A stretch of 64,000 nucleotides of DNA from Verrucomicrobiota bacterium (GCA_045046875.1 JASFYY010000054.1:1-64000); one strand, 5' to 3'; counted from the first letter of the stretch, positions 9,909 to 20,759 are shown. A program made the numbers and translations. The notes: generated by a model not told the origin, from the sequence alone.

Positions 9909-10673
9909 TTAGGCTTCGTTTTTTTTCTCGGCGAGCACGCCGGTGGTGGTGAAGACATGTTGGTCGAAGAAGGTATTGAGTTTTTGTGCATCGCCGAAGT
10001 GGTAGGCGGCAAAGAAGATGGCTGCGAGTATCAGCGGGGCAAGAATCGAATGCAGGATGATGATGACCAGTCCGTGGGCAATGCTTTTGTGATAGATGAT
10101 GGATATGAACAAAGCGGCAACACTTAAGCTGACCAAGCCCCCCAGGCTGAGAATGAGAGTCATTTGATCGGGGTAACGGCCGAGCAGGAACAAATAAACC
10201 AGGATCAGAATGCCGCTTAAGAACCAGGCTCCCGGCAAGGCAACCACAGCACGCAAGGGGTTGATCCTGCGACTGACGAGGAAGGCGCTGACCCAGAAAG
10301 AAAACAGGTAGAGAACGAGTGGCAAAGCTATGAAAATGATCGCCAGATAAAAATGGGGCTGTTGTAATTTATCGTTGGGTATGCTTTGCAGGAATGCCGG
10401 GGAAACCAGTGTCATCCATCTGGAACTGGGCTCGAGTTCAGAACTGGTGAATTTGATTTCATCATCTGAATCAGCAACCTGGACCGTCAAGGTTTTGGTA
10501 TCAAAGTCGAAGTGACTCAGGCTTCCGTAAATAGTGTCTTTTCCGTCACGCCGCCAATCAACATTAAGCTCGAGAGCCTGCGACACGCATGGTGTCAGCA
10601 AAGCGAGCAGTAATGTTAATACAAGGGGCGTGCGATACCAAAAGGGTAGAACAAATCGAGGGCGTGCGGGCAT
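9909..10673 (-). CDS. Membrane protein with exported N-terminal (SHD1-like) domain and ~4 TM helices
   Basis: Signal peptide; WRRDGKDTIYGSL..IKFTSSELEPSSR resembles SHD1; hydrophobic C-terminal half. Confidence 0.6.
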   Translation of the reverse strand: MPARPRFVLPFWYRTPLVLTLLLALLTPCVSQALELNVDWRRDGKDTIYGSLSHFDFDTKTLTVQVADSDDEIKFTSSELEPSSRWMTLVSPAFLQSIPNDKLQQPHFYLAIIFIALPLVLYLFSFWVSAFLVSRRINPLRAVVALPGAWFLSGILILVYLFLLGRYPDQMTLILSLGGLVSLSVAALFISIIYHKSIAHGLVIIILHSILAPLILAAIFFAAYHFGDAQKLNTFFDQHVFTTTGVLAEKKNEA

Positions 10674-10723
10674 TGGGGGGTAGGAATTAATAATGATAGA
10701 TGAAAAATCCTCAATGTTAAATG

Positions 10724-11737
10724 TCAGGAGTCTCCCTCGGTTCGCGGATCGCGGTTGAGCAATTCTCCCAGGGCTTCTTGAGCGGGTTTATTTTCATAAA
10801 GCACGGCATAAATCTGATCGATCAGGGGAGTACGCACGCCTGTTTTTTTAGCAAGTTTATAGACGCTCTCGGTATTGGGCAAGCCCTCGGCGACTTGGGT
10901 CATTTTTTTGAGTGTTTCTTCGACGGTGAGACCTTCTCCGATCATGCGACCGAAGCTGTTGTTGCGGCTGTGACGGCTGTAACAGGTGACGATGAGGTCG
11001 CCCACTCCACTGAGCCCTTGAAAGGTGCTGGCTTTGCCGCCGAGTGCGGTGCCGAGTCTTATCATCTCTGCCAGTCCGCGGGTGACCATGGCTGCTTTGG
11101 CGTTGTCGCCGAGCCCGAGGCCGTCGGCGATGCCAGCGGCGATGGCAAAAACGTTTTTCACCGTTGCTCCGATTTCGATGCCCTCCATGTCCTCGCGGGT
11201 GTAGGAGCGAAACCACGGCAGAGTGAAAACTTCCTGCAGGCAGACGGCGGTGTCGTGGTCGGGGCAGCCGATGACGGTGGCGGTGGCCATCCGGCGGGCG
11301 ACTTCCTCTGCATGGGTCGGACCGGAGAGGGCGGCGATGGGGTTGTCGGGGAAAAATTCACGCAGCAGTTGAGTCATCGACAAGCCGGTGGACGATTCGA
11401 TGCCTTTGGTGCAGGCGAGAAAGATGGTGTTTTTTGACACTCCGGCTTGTTGCAGTTGTTTGATCACCAGACGTGCGACCTGGGAGGGCACCACCAGTAA
11501 GATGATCGGGGCATCAGTGATGTCTTCCAGACGACTGGTGGCGCTGATGTTTTCCGGCAGATCAATGTCCGGCAGGTAACGGGCGTTCCGGTGATTCTGG
11601 TTGATGTCATCGAGAGCTTGCTCTTCGATTCCGTAGATGGTGGTGTCCAGTCCTCGTTCGCCGAGCACGATGGCCAGGGCGGTGCCCCAGCTGCCGGATC
11701 CGAGCACAGCGGCGGTTTTGAATTTTGATTCAGGCAT
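10724..11737 (-). CDS. gpsA: NAD(P)H-dependent glycerol-3-phosphate dehydrogenase
   Basis: VLGSGSWGTALA, TKGIE, LSGPTHAEEV, KNVFAIAAG, GDLIVTCYSRHSRN. Confidence 0.96.
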   Translation of the reverse strand: MPESKFKTAAVLGSGSWGTALAIVLGERGLDTTIYGIEEQALDDINQNHRNARYLPDIDLPENISATSRLEDITDAPIILLVVPSQVARLVIKQLQQAGVSKNTIFLACTKGIESSTGLSMTQLLREFFPDNPIAALSGPTHAEEVARRMATATVIGCPDHDTAVCLQEVFTLPWFRSYTREDMEGIEIGATVKNVFAIAAGIADGLGLGDNAKAAMVTRGLAEMIRLGTALGGKASTFQGLSGVGDLIVTCYSRHSRNNSFGRMIGEGLTVEETLKKMTQVAEGLPNTESVYKLAKKTGVRTPLIDQIYAVLYENKPAQEALGELLNRDPRTEGDS

Positions 11738-12377
11738 CAGCTTGTGGTTGTGGTTTTTTAGATTTGGGGGTGAAACGGTTTTCGGTGCCGTTGCACAGTT
11801 TACGAATGTTGCTGCGGTGTTTCCAGGTGGCTAGAAGTGCTAGCAGAACTGTAAAGCTTATAAGCGGCACGTTCCATTCGTTTTGTGTGGCTTGTTGCAC
11901 GATGGTTACGATGGGGATCGCCAGGGCTGCGCCAATCGAAGCAACCGATACGTAGCGAGTGGTGAAAAATAGGATCAGCCAGATGGCGACAGCGATGAGT
12001 AAGGGCAGGGGGATCAGGGGAATGAGCGCTCCGGCCGAAGTGGCGATGCCTTTACCGCCTTTGAAACGTAACCACAGGGTGTAGTTGTGCCCCATGATGG
12101 TGGCGAAAGCGGTCAGGATGTGGATCAGGCTTTGCTCGGAAAAGTGTTGGGCAATGAGGACTGGCAGCAGGCCTTTGAGCACATCGAGAATGAGGACGGG
12201 GATGCCGATGCCTTTGCCCAGAGTGCGCAAAACATTGGTGGCGCCGATGTTGCCACTGCCGTGCTCGCGGATGTCGATGCCGCGTAGTTTTCCGGCAAGA
12301 AAACCAAAGGGGATCGATCCGATGAGGTAGCCGGTGAGGATCAGCCCCGCTGTGGTCAATGCTTCGTTTCCCGTCAT
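11730..12377 (-). CDS. plsY: Glycerol-3-phosphate acyltransferase PlsY
   Basis: YLIGSIPFG, DIREHGSGNIGATNVLR, GHNY..FKGGKGIAT, HRSNI. Start placed at ATG 12377; overlaps gpsA start. Confidence 0.95.
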   Translation of the reverse strand: MTGNEALTTAGLILTGYLIGSIPFGFLAGKLRGIDIREHGSGNIGATNVLRTLGKGIGIPVLILDVLKGLLPVLIAQHFSEQSLIHILTAFATIMGHNYTLWLRFKGGKGIATSAGALIPLIPLPLLIAVAIWLILFFTTRYVSVASIGAALAIPIVTIVQQATQNEWNVPLISFTVLLALLATWKHRSNIRKLCNGTENRFTPKSKKPQPQADA

Positions 12378-12681
12378 GATGATAGGAGACAATAATGACA
12401 GATATATGGTAAAAGTCGATAGGGATGTTGCCAATCCGTTTTTCGAGGGGGGAAGACGGAATAGATAAGGGCCGCGGCAAAAATAAAACACCCCAAACTA
12501 CTTGCCTTTTTGATCTCCATCCGCGTTCAAATTCCCTCAAATAGCTTGCTATTATCGAGAATTTCGCCTTGATGGAAATCAAAAATTCTGCGCATTTTGG
12601 GGTATCTATTAATTGCCGCGGCCCTAAGCTGCTGATAGTTATGCATTTCGCCCGATTAGGGTGGAAGAGTTGGATTTTTCA

Positions 12682-12790
12682 CCCAGCGCTTCGCACTGGG
12701 CTGTATCATTGAGCACCGTTGGTGCAAAAGAGATGAAAGCAAACAGCCCTGTAAGGACAAAAAGTGATAGCCCGGTGCGAAGCCGCTGGG
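12682..12790. repeat. REP/REPIN-like inverted doublet
   Basis: CCCAGCGCTTCGCACTGGGCT (12682-12702) is a near reverse complement of AGCCCGGTGCGAAGCCGCTGGG (12769-12790); each arm has a short inner hairpin (GCACCGTTGGTGC; GCCCTGTAAGGAC) 10 nt away. Confidence 0.65.
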
Positions 12791-12818
12791 GAGAGCAATG
12801 ATCCGGGTAGAACTGGCC

Positions 12819-13451
12819 TCAGGGCTTGGGTGTGTTTTTGCTGATTGAGCTTATGGCGTTTTGAATGGCATCAAGAGGTTTTGAAAGGTCGGCATCGAGT
12901 CCTGTGATTTGCTGCAGCAGGGTTCCGTCGGGAGCAAGAATAGTGATGATGTTGGAATGGGCAAAATCGAGGGTTGATGTTTTGCGGTATTTCATTCCAA
13001 GGGCAACCGCTAGTTCGAGCACTCCGTCCTCATCACCCGTGAGCAGGGTCCAGTGTTTGGGATCGAGTTGGTAGTTTTTTTCGAGTTCTTTCAAGCGCTC
13101 GGGAGTATCGGTTTCAGGATCAATCGAGATGAAAGAAAAAGTCACATGACTGAGGTCAGTGTTTTTTTCAATGAGGGCGCGTTCGATCCGCTGGATGTTG
13201 GCGAGGATGCGAGGGCAGGCAAATTTGCATGAGGTGTACCCCATGGCAAGGATACGGATGTTTCCCTTTAACTCGGAAAGTTTTATTTTTTTACCATTCT
13301 GATCGAGCCATTCGGAATCGAGGTCATAAACAGAACCTTCACTCGCCGCTGCGGCCGGTAACTCAAAAGGGGAGGTGTTTGAAGACGGGGGCTGCCCGGA
13401 GCTGGGAAGAATAGTGGCTGAAAAAAATGCGAGCAGGATGAGTTTGTTCAT
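12819..13451 (-). CDS. SCO1/SenC family copper chaperone
   Basis: YTSCKFACP (CxxxC), ISIDPETDTPERL, conserved His in FAHSN; signal peptide. Confidence 0.92.
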   Translation of the reverse strand: MNKLILLAFFSATILPSSGQPPSSNTSPFELPAAAASEGSVYDLDSEWLDQNGKKIKLSELKGNIRILAMGYTSCKFACPRILANIQRIERALIEKNTDLSHVTFSFISIDPETDTPERLKELEKNYQLDPKHWTLLTGDEDGVLELAVALGMKYRKTSTLDFAHSNIITILAPDGTLLQQITGLDADLSKPLDAIQNAISSISKNTPKP

Positions 13452-13459
13452 GATGAATA

Positions 13460-14290
13460 TTAGGGTTGGTTGGTTTTGATGTTGCGAGCGCCGCGAAAGC
13501 CAAGATTGGATACGGTGTAGTTTCCCTTGAGGCTGGAGCGAAAGGCGTAGCGCATGAAGGCGGCGTAGTTATGGGGATCTGCCGTTCCCAGAGCTCCACC
13601 CGCACAGAAGAGCGCTCGTTCCAGTCCGGAATCCCCACGGGATTCCCCAGTGACCATGCCATTGTTGAAATCCCTCACCCACTCCCAGACCTGACCATGC
13701 AGCGCACGAATTCCATAAAAATTCACCGGGGTGACGGAAGTTTTGGTTTTGTTTGTAGGTTGGCTATACCACCTAAGCAAACGATTGGTAAAAACGGGAT
13801 CCTTGGAGGCATTGGCACGGGTTTCATCAGCGGCCGCGACGTATTCCCACTCGTCCTCGGTGGGTAGACGTTTGCCTTTTGATTTCAGGTAGGCACGAGC
13901 GGCAAACCATGAAACATTGGTGACGGGTTGGTCTGCGATTAAGTTTGCTTGCGCTCCGAGATCGAGATCTCCCTGCCAATGTTTGAGGTAACCCCTATCA
14001 GCAAACAGGCGTTTCACTTGGGAGCGCCTCCACTTGGGGTGTTGGCGAACGAAGTTCAGGAATTCTTGGTTACTAACCGGATCCACATCAATGGAAAAAG
14101 GCTTCACGTTGGTGATGGCGGCATCCTGAATATACAGGGGAGTGTAGCTGCCGGCCGGAACCCGTACCATATCAGGAGAGGGTTCAGCAAATAGTGAAAT
14201 AAGGGTAAGGTGGAATAAAGAGAGGGCGATGACAGGGGTGGAACCTGGCATCAAATTCAGGATAGAATTTTTTAGTAACATCAATTCCAA
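13460..14290 (-). CDS. FGE-sulfatase domain protein, NirV-like accessory protein (start codon uncertain)
   Basis: PVTNVSWFAA, KRLPTEDEWEY, HGQVWEW, LFCAGGA, NLGFRGA; lies between nirK and SCO. Confidence 0.8.
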   Translation of the reverse strand: MELMLLKNSILNLMPGSTPVIALSLFHLTLISLFAEPSPDMVRVPAGSYTPLYIQDAAITNVKPFSIDVDPVSNQEFLNFVRQHPKWRRSQVKRLFADRGYLKHWQGDLDLGAQANLIADQPVTNVSWFAARAYLKSKGKRLPTEDEWEYVAAADETRANASKDPVFTNRLLRWYSQPTNKTKTSVTPVNFYGIRALHGQVWEWVRDFNNGMVTGESRGDSGLERALFCAGGALGTADPHNYAAFMRYAFRSSLKGNYTVSNLGFRGARNIKTNQP

Positions 14291-14297
14291 TGACTTC

Positions 14298-15797
14298 CTA
14301 TTTTGCGGGTGTGATGCCCTTTGCTCGTATGGCTTTCACCTGGTCGGGGGTGACTTCGGTTTTATTGTTGTCCCATTGACTATAGACATAGGTGAGGGCG
14401 TTAGCGATGGATTCATCAGAGAGCCCCAGTTGTGGCATGATGCTGTTGAAGACGGTGCCGTTGACTTTGACTTCTCCGCTCAGACCATGCATCACCGTGC
14501 TGATCGCACGATTGGTATCTGCATTGAGAAAGTCGGACTTGGCTAGTGGAGGGAAGGCATGGGGGATGCCCTGACCTTGAGCCTGATGGCAGGCTATGCA
14601 TACTTGATTGTAGATGACCTTACCATATTTGATGCGCTGCTCCCTGTTTTTTGCGAGCGCTTGAGGTTGTGAGGGCTGGGGCATGGTTTGGATGGCGCCG
14701 CCCTCTGGTTGATATATGGTGTCGTCGGTTTTTCCGGAATAGACCAAGGCAGTTTCAGGGCCTTCCACTTTGAGCATGCCGAGAGCTCCTTTATTAAAAG
14801 CACGGAAGATCGAGTGGTCGACCAGGATGTAGGTGCCCGGAACTTCTACTTTGAATTCCACCATGGCCGCGCCTCCTGCGGGAACCAGAGTGGTCTGGAC
14901 ATTGTGGTTTGCCTGACTGCCACCTTCTGTGTAAACGGTGTCGAAAATTTCTCCGATAACGTGGAAGGATGAAATCAGGTTGGGCCCGCCGTTGCCGATG
15001 AACAAACGAACGGTTTCACCGGCTTTTGCGGTGGGGGCTTTGTCGCCGGTGAGAGATCCCACTGATCCATTAAACACCACATAATCAGGATCCTCATGCA
15101 GAGCTTTGTTCATATCGAAAGCTTGCAGTCCGCCTTCGCCATAAGCACCCTGGGTATAAAATTCGCTCTGCATGATATAGTATTCATGATCTACCGGAGG
15201 CAAGCCTTCTTTGGGTTCGACCAGGATTAGGCCATACATGCCATTGGCGATATGCATACCCACTGGAGCGGTGGCGCAGTGATAGATGAAGAGGCCGGGG
15301 TTCAGTGCGGTGAAAGAAAAAACCGACTCATGCCCTGGAGCGGTGAAGGAGGAGGTTGCTCCGCCGCCAGGTCCGGTGACCGCATGCAGGTCAATGTTGT
15401 GGGGCATTTTATTATCCGGGTGGTTGGCCAAATGAAATTCAACATAATCGCCTTCGCGGATGCGGATGAATTTACCGGGAACTTTTCCGCCAAAGGTCCA
15501 GAAGGTGTAGTCGACACCGTCGGATAGCTTGCCCACGACTTCGGTGACTTCAAGGTTCACAATAACTTTGGTGGTGTTTTTTCGTTTGATTGGAAGCGGT
15601 ACGTTGGGCGCATGAGTGAGGGTAGCTACTTCTTCGCCTGTTAGTATATCGGCAGAGTTGTTGTCGTTAGAGCTGCCTATGAAGGGTTTTAGTTTCCCCC
15701 CTTCGGATTCGTTGGGGCCACAGGCGGTGAGTGCGAGTATTGCGACGAAGCCGAAAACTGCTGATATATTTACTGGGGATGTTGTCATGTTTTTCAT
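14298..15797 (-). CDS. nirK: Copper-containing nitrite reductase, lipoprotein with C-terminal cytochrome c domain
   Basis: Lipobox LTAC; Cu ligands in [10 protein letters not shown] and [35 protein letters not shown]-terminal CIACH heme motif. Confidence 0.95.
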   Translation of the reverse strand: MKNMTTSPVNISAVFGFVAILALTACGPNESEGGKLKPFIGSSNDNNSADILTGEEVATLTHAPNVPLPIKRKNTTKVIVNLEVTEVVGKLSDGVDYTFWTFGGKVPGKFIRIREGDYVEFHLANHPDNKMPHNIDLHAVTGPGGGATSSFTAPGHESVFSFTALNPGLFIYHCATAPVGMHIANGMYGLILVEPKEGLPPVDHEYYIMQSEFYTQGAYGEGGLQAFDMNKALHEDPDYVVFNGSVGSLTGDKAPTAKAGETVRLFIGNGGPNLISSFHVIGEIFDTVYTEGGSQANHNVQTTLVPAGGAAMVEFKVEVPGTYILVDHSIFRAFNKGALGMLKVEGPETALVYSGKTDDTIYQPEGGAIQTMPQPSQPQALAKNREQRIKYGKVIYNQVCIACHQAQGQGIPHAFPPLAKSDFLNADTNRAISTVMHGLSGEVKVNGTVFNSIMPQLGLSDESIANALTYVYSQWDNNKTEVTPDQVKAIRAKGITPAK

Positions 15798-16188
15798 GAG
15801 GTTTTGGAGGGGACTTGTTTTTGCTACATGGTAATAAAAAGACAGAATGTGGCATAGGCTCCGCTAAAGTTGCTTTTTTATCAGCAGATAATGCTTAGTT
15901 CGGGGTATCACTGCAAATAGCAGGAGAAGAAAAGTGAGAAGCTTCAAAATAGGTATAGGTGGGCTGCAACGAGGAAGGCAATAAACGCGCAATTCTTCCT
16001 ATGAGATGCCCAGTCTATTAGTTTGACAGTATGTCGATTGAATTTTTTCGTATAAAGATGCCTACAAGCAGAGATTAATACTTAAAGGCTGAGAATGTGA
16101 TTTTCCGCTAACATTACATATGTCATGAGATGGGTGCATTGATGGAGGGAAAGTAGATGTCTATATAAACCAAACCAAATAACAGACT

Positions 16189-16866
16189 ATGAGTAAGGGA
16201 AAACCAAACCACTATTCTGATTCGCAAAAGCGATCAGTTGTTAAGTATGTGAATGATTATAATATTAAGAAGGGGCGGGGGGGGCAGGCGGCGGCGGCGC
16301 GCAAGTATGGGGTGGGAACCCTGTCTATTGCAAAGTGGTTGAAGGATGGAGAATTAAACGGGACAGCGAAAAAGAAGGTGACGAGGGTTCGTTCGCGTGT
16401 TCCTGCCAAGGGCAAGGATGATGCCGCGGCAGCGCTTGAACGAGTGGCTGAGATCCGTGATAGGATGAAGGTGCTCAGAGCGGAAGTGAGCGGCTTGTAT
16501 GACGAAATGATGCAGCTTGCATCCAAGGTGGAAGGGGTTGATTCGAAAGCAAAAAAAGAGGTTGGCGGGAAAACGCAGGATCAGCAGAAAGTGGTGGGGC
16601 GTGAAGTTGAGATTGAGAGCAAGTGGTGGAATTTTCAGCGGCAGGACCAGGCGATCGTGAAGATAGCTCCACAAATGGCTTGTGAGCGCGAGTGGGCTAA
16701 CCAGGATGGTAAAACGATAGTGGCTTCTCTGCTCAAGCTAAAAGACGGGCTGGCTGTATTGAAGGTCAAAGGGGGAACCGTTTACCGTTACCCGGTCGAA
16801 GGTTTGGCGAACGATCATCAAGTAGAGTTGGAAGAATTGAGCAAGCGTTTGGCAGCGTCGCGATAA
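16189..16866 (+). CDS. Helix-turn-helix + coiled coil + SHD1-like domain protein
   Basis: N-terminal YSDSQKRSVV..AAAARKYGVGTLSIAKWLK (HTH-like); heptad region; C-terminal REWANQDGKTIVASL..YPVEGLANDHQ (SHD1-like). Confidence 0.65.
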   Translation: MSKGKPNHYSDSQKRSVVKYVNDYNIKKGRGGQAAAARKYGVGTLSIAKWLKDGELNGTAKKKVTRVRSRVPAKGKDDAAAALERVAEIRDRMKVLRAEVSGLYDEMMQLASKVEGVDSKAKKEVGGKTQDQQKVVGREVEIESKWWNFQRQDQAIVKIAPQMACEREWANQDGKTIVASLLKLKDGLAVLKVKGGTVYRYPVEGLANDHQVELEELSKRLAASR

Positions 16867-16993
16867 GAGGTGTTTTAAATACAGTAGTTAGGCGGGAACC
16901 ATGTGGAATGGATTGGTAATCCGTTTTCTTCGACCTTGGTGTGGAATCGTGCGATATAAGAGCGGTCACGGGTGAACCGAATGGCAATCCGTT

Positions 16994-18742
16994 TTACGGT
17001 TTGAGCGCTGCGAAGATCTGGTCGCGGGGCAGGCAGTTGATGACGTCATGGCGGGTCAGCCAGCCTTTGCGGGCGATTTTGATGCCAAAAAAGAGGTTGT
17101 CGAGATCGGCGGCGCGGTGGGCGTCGGGATTGATGGCGCATTTGACGCCTTTTTCTGCGGCCAGTTTCCACCAACGCCAGTCCATGTCGAGGCGCCAGGG
17201 ATTGCAGTTGAGTTCGATGATGGTGCCGGTGGCGGCGCAGGCATCGATGATGTCGGGGATGTTGATCGCGTAGGGTTCACGTTCGAGCAGCAGGCGGCCG
17301 GTGAGATGGCCGATCATGGTGACGTGGGGATTTTCGATTGCTTTGATAAAACGTTTGGTCATCTCGGCTTCGGACAGGGTGAAGGAGCTGTGCGCGGAGG
17401 CGACGGTGTAGTCGAGTTGGCAGAGCAGTTCGTCATCGAAGTCGAGACTACCGTCTTTGAGAATGTCCACTTCGCTGCCGGCTAACAGGCGGAAGTCGAT
17501 ATCTTCGTCTTTGAAGTTTTCGTTTATATTGTGGATATCACGTAATTGATTGAGCAAACGTTTTTCGTTGAGTCCGTTGGCTTGTACCGATGATTTGGAG
17601 TGATCGGCGATGCCGAGGTATTGCAGGCCGAGTTCGATGGCGGCGTTGGCCATTTCCATCAGGCTGTTGTGTCCGTCACTGGCGGTGGTGTGGTTGTGAA
17701 AAGTGCCGCGGAGGTTTTCGAGTTCGATCAGGCGTGGCAGACGGTGTTCAGCAGCGGCTTCGATCTCGCCCTGGTTTTCACGTAGTTCGGCGGGCGGGCA
17801 AGTCAGACCGAGGGCGGCGTAGAGGCCGGCTTCGTCGTGGAACTCGCGTGGGGCGTCGGTGGTTTCGGGATCGATGGGGGCGAGGCGGTATTCGTTGAGG
17901 GTGTAACCCTGATCGCGGGCGAGTCCGCGCAGGGCGACGTTGTGTTCCTTGCTGCCGGTGAAATAAACCAAGGCGCAGGGGAATTCTGCATTGGATACGG
18001 CGCGCAGGTCACATTGCACTCCGGAGTCGAGGCGCACGCTGGATTTGGTTGAACCCTGGTTGATGATCGAGTCCACTTCCGGCAGGCTGACAAAAAAATC
18101 GATCAGAGCCTGGGGCTCGCGGGTGGCGACGAGGAAGTCGAGGTCGTGCAGGGTTTCCTTGCCACGACGGTAACTGCCGGCGACTTCAGCGCGCAGGCAG
18201 TTGGGATGGGATTTGAGCTCATCGAGAATGAGTTCGGCTTGTCCGGCGACATTGCCGAGACGGAAGCGGTCGGCATTTTGTTCACGGAAGGTGATGGCTT
18301 CGAGGATTTTGTCCTGGGTTTTTTTACCAAAACCGGGTAATTTGGAAATACGGTCTTTCTCGCAGGCCGTTTTGAGCCCTTCAATCGAGGCGATGCCGAG
18401 TTTTTTGTAGAGATCCTTGATGCGTTTGGGGCCGAGTCCCTGGATTTTAAAAAGGTCGAATATAGTAGCGGGAAACTCGGCTTTGAGATTTTCGTAAAAC
18501 TCGAGTTTTCCGGTGGTGGCCAGTTCGTGCAGCTTGTCGGTCAGGGCTTTGCCGATGCCTTTGGTTTTGATCAGATCTTTGTAATTAGCGGAAGCGGCGA
18601 TTTTTAGCAGGTCGCCCTGGAAGTTCTCCACCACTTCGGCACCGGTTTTGTAAGCACGGATTTTGAAGGGGTTTTCGTCTTGGAGATCAAGCAAGAGGGC
18701 GATTTTTTCAAAAATGTCGGCGATGTGTTCACGGGATAACAT
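16994..18742 (-). CDS. polX: DNA polymerase X / PHP-domain 3'-5' exonuclease
   Basis: ENPFKIRAY, HhH motifs, GSYRRGKETLHDLDFLV, YFTGSKEHN; PHP motifs HNHTTASDG and INPDAH. ATG at 18742. Confidence 0.95.
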   Translation of the reverse strand: MLSREHIADIFEKIALLLDLQDENPFKIRAYKTGAEVVENFQGDLLKIAASANYKDLIKTKGIGKALTDKLHELATTGKLEFYENLKAEFPATIFDLFKIQGLGPKRIKDLYKKLGIASIEGLKTACEKDRISKLPGFGKKTQDKILEAITFREQNADRFRLGNVAGQAELILDELKSHPNCLRAEVAGSYRRGKETLHDLDFLVATREPQALIDFFVSLPEVDSIINQGSTKSSVRLDSGVQCDLRAVSNAEFPCALVYFTGSKEHNVALRGLARDQGYTLNEYRLAPIDPETTDAPREFHDEAGLYAALGLTCPPAELRENQGEIEAAAEHRLPRLIELENLRGTFHNHTTASDGHNSLMEMANAAIELGLQYLGIADHSKSSVQANGLNEKRLLNQLRDIHNINENFKDEDIDFRLLAGSEVDILKDGSLDFDDELLCQLDYTVASAHSSFTLSEAEMTKRFIKAIENPHVTMIGHLTGRLLLEREPYAINIPDIIDACAATGTIIELNCNPWRLDMDWRWWKLAAEKGVKCAINPDAHRAADLDNLFFGIKIARKGWLTRHDVINCLPRDQIFAALKP

Positions 18743-18896
18743 GGCGACAAGCAAATGCAGATTTATGGAAATTTCATCCAAAATCGGGTGATTTGTGGAA
18801 ATTTCTAGATTAGAATGTAAGGTTCACGTTTTTTTGTCTCTTGCCTCTAGGCTTTTATCAGATAGAGGGAGGGTGACAGCGTTAATACAGAATATA

Positions 18897-20759
18897 ATGA
18901 GTGCTAAAGCAACGACTTCGAACAAAACCATCACAGGAACTTCCGCCGGAGCCGGCGAGGTGGTGGAACGCGGTGAAATGATGACCGGTGCGGAAGTGCT
19001 GGTCGCTTGTCTGGAGCGTGAAGGGGTAGATGTGATATTTGCCTACCCTGGCGGAGCCAGTATGCCGATTCATCAGGCGCTGAGCCATTCGGATGAAATT
19101 CGCACGATTTTGCCTCGTCATGAACAGGGTGGTGGTTTTGCGGCTGAGGGTTATGCCCGGGTGACTGGTAAGGTGGGGGTTTGCATGGGAACTTCGGGGC
19201 CCGGGGCGACCAATTTGGTGACCTCGATTGCCGATGCTTTTTTGGATTCGACGGCTTTGCTGGCGATTTCTGGCCAGGTGCCGAGTACGATGATTGGTCG
19301 TGGGGCTTTCCAGGAAACGGACTTTTTTGGCATGACCTTGCCGGTGGTCAAACACAGCTACCTGGTGACGGATCCGCATGACATTCCGCGGGTGGTGAAA
19401 GAGGCGATGTATATCGCGATTTCCGGACGTCCGGGGCCGGTGGTGATTGATATGCCTAAGGACGTGCAGGAGGCCAGGATTCATCCGGTGTTCTGCGATG
19501 AGGTTGAGCTGCGTGGTTATGACCCCGAACGGCCTCTTGATGAGGAGACTTTGGCTGAGGTGATCGGTCTGTTGAAAAGTGCCAAAAAACCGGTGATTTA
19601 TGCGGGTGGTGGAATCATCACTTCGGATGCGCACAAGGCTTTGTTGGAATTTGCCCAACGAGCACAGATCCCGGTGGCGACCACTTTGATGGGCATTGGA
19701 GGTTTTCCTCAATCCCATGAGTTGAGCCTGCATTGGTTGGGCATGCACGGTACGGTTTACGCTAATAATGCGGTGAATGAAGGTGATTTTCTGTTGGCGC
19801 TCGGAGTGCGTTTTGATGACCGGGTGACAGGCAAAGTGGATGAGTTCGCCAAACACGGTATGATCGTTCACATTGACATCGACAACTCTGAGCTGAATAA
19901 AAACAAGGCGGTGAAGTTTCCGATTCTGGCGAATGTGCGCGAGGCTTTGGAATGCATGAATACGTTGCTTGCAGAGGATGGCTTCGAGGAGAAAAAAGCT
20001 GATTACGATTTGCATCCTGATTGGTTCAAGCAAATCGCCGAGTGGAAACGCGATCAGCCCTTGAAATACACGGATACCGAAGAGGTGATCCAGCCACAGT
20101 ATGCGATCGAGTTGCTCAATGAGATGATGGATGAGGATACGATCATCACCACGGGGGTGGGGCAACACCAGATGTGGGCGGCGCAATATTGTCAGTTTGA
20201 TAAACCTCGTCAATTTTTCACTTCGGCTGGTTTGGGTACGATGGGGTATGGTTATCCGGCCGCGATGGGAGCCAAGGTGGCTTTTCCAGATCGTCAGGTG
20301 GTTGACATCGACGGAGACGGTTCATTTTTGATGAACATCCAGGAACTGGCCACGGCCAAGGTGGAAAAGATCGCGGCCAAGGCTCTGGTATTGAATAACC
20401 AGCATCTGGGCATGGTGGTGCAGTGGGAGGATTTGAAATATGGCGGCAATCGTGCGAACACCTTTTTGGGCGACCCTTCGCTTGAGTATGATCCCGATCA
20501 TAAAAAAGAAGAGCTGATCTATCCTGATTATGTCAAGATGTGCGAATCTTTTGGCATCACTTGTGAGCGAGTGTTACACAAAAAAGATCTGCGACCGGCG
20601 ATGGAACGCATGTTGGCGTCGGAGGAAGCCTATGTTTTGGATGTGATGGTGCCTTACACCGAGCACGTTTTGCCGATGATCCCGGGCGGGATGACCTATA
20701 AGGATGTCATTACTGACAAAGAGCAGGAAGCCGGAGTGAATGTGCCGAGTGCTTTGTGA
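18897..20759 (+). CDS. ilvB: Acetolactate synthase large subunit (biosynthetic type)
   Basis: [42 protein letters not shown] motif [10 protein letters not shown]. Confidence 0.95.
   Translation: MSAKATTSNKTITGTSAGAGEVVERGEMMTGAEVLVACLEREGVDVIFAYPGGASMPIHQALSHSDEIRTILPRHEQGGGFAAEGYARVTGKVGVCMGTSGPGATNLVTSIADAFLDSTALLAISGQVPSTMIGRGAFQETDFFGMTLPVVKHSYLVTDPHDIPRVVKEAMYIAISGRPGPVVIDMPKDVQEARIHPVFCDEVELRGYDPERPLDEETLAEVIGLLKSAKKPVIYAGGGIITSDAHKALLEFAQRAQIPVATTLMGIGGFPQSHELSLHWLGMHGTVYANNAVNEGDFLLALGVRFDDRVTGKVDEFAKHGMIVHIDIDNSELNKNKAVKFPILANVREALECMNTLLAEDGFEEKKADYDLHPDWFKQIAEWKRDQPLKYTDTEEVIQPQYAIELLNEMMDEDTIITTGVGQHQMWAAQYCQFDKPRQFFTSAGLGTMGYGYPAAMGAKVAFPDRQVVDIDGDGSFLMNIQELATAKVEKIAAKALVLNNQHLGMVVQWEDLKYGGNRANTFLGDPSLEYDPDHKKEELIYPDYVKMCESFGITCERVLHKKDLRPAMERMLASEEAYVLDVMVPYTEHVLPMIPGGMTYKDVITDKEQEAGVNVPSAL

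Noticed and set aside
15870..16037. Possible FNR/DNR boxes upstream of nirK (TTGCT-N5-ATCAG at 15870; TTGAC-N5-GTCGA at 16023)
   Set aside because: Both have a 5-nt spacer rather than the TTGAT-N4-ATCAA geometry.
16189..16360. IS3-like transposase OrfA
   Set aside because: HTH resemblance only; no DDE OrfB or terminal inverted repeats seen.
18882..20213. 443-aa minus-strand ORF
   Set aside because: Antisense to the well-supported ilvB; codon-bias shadow.
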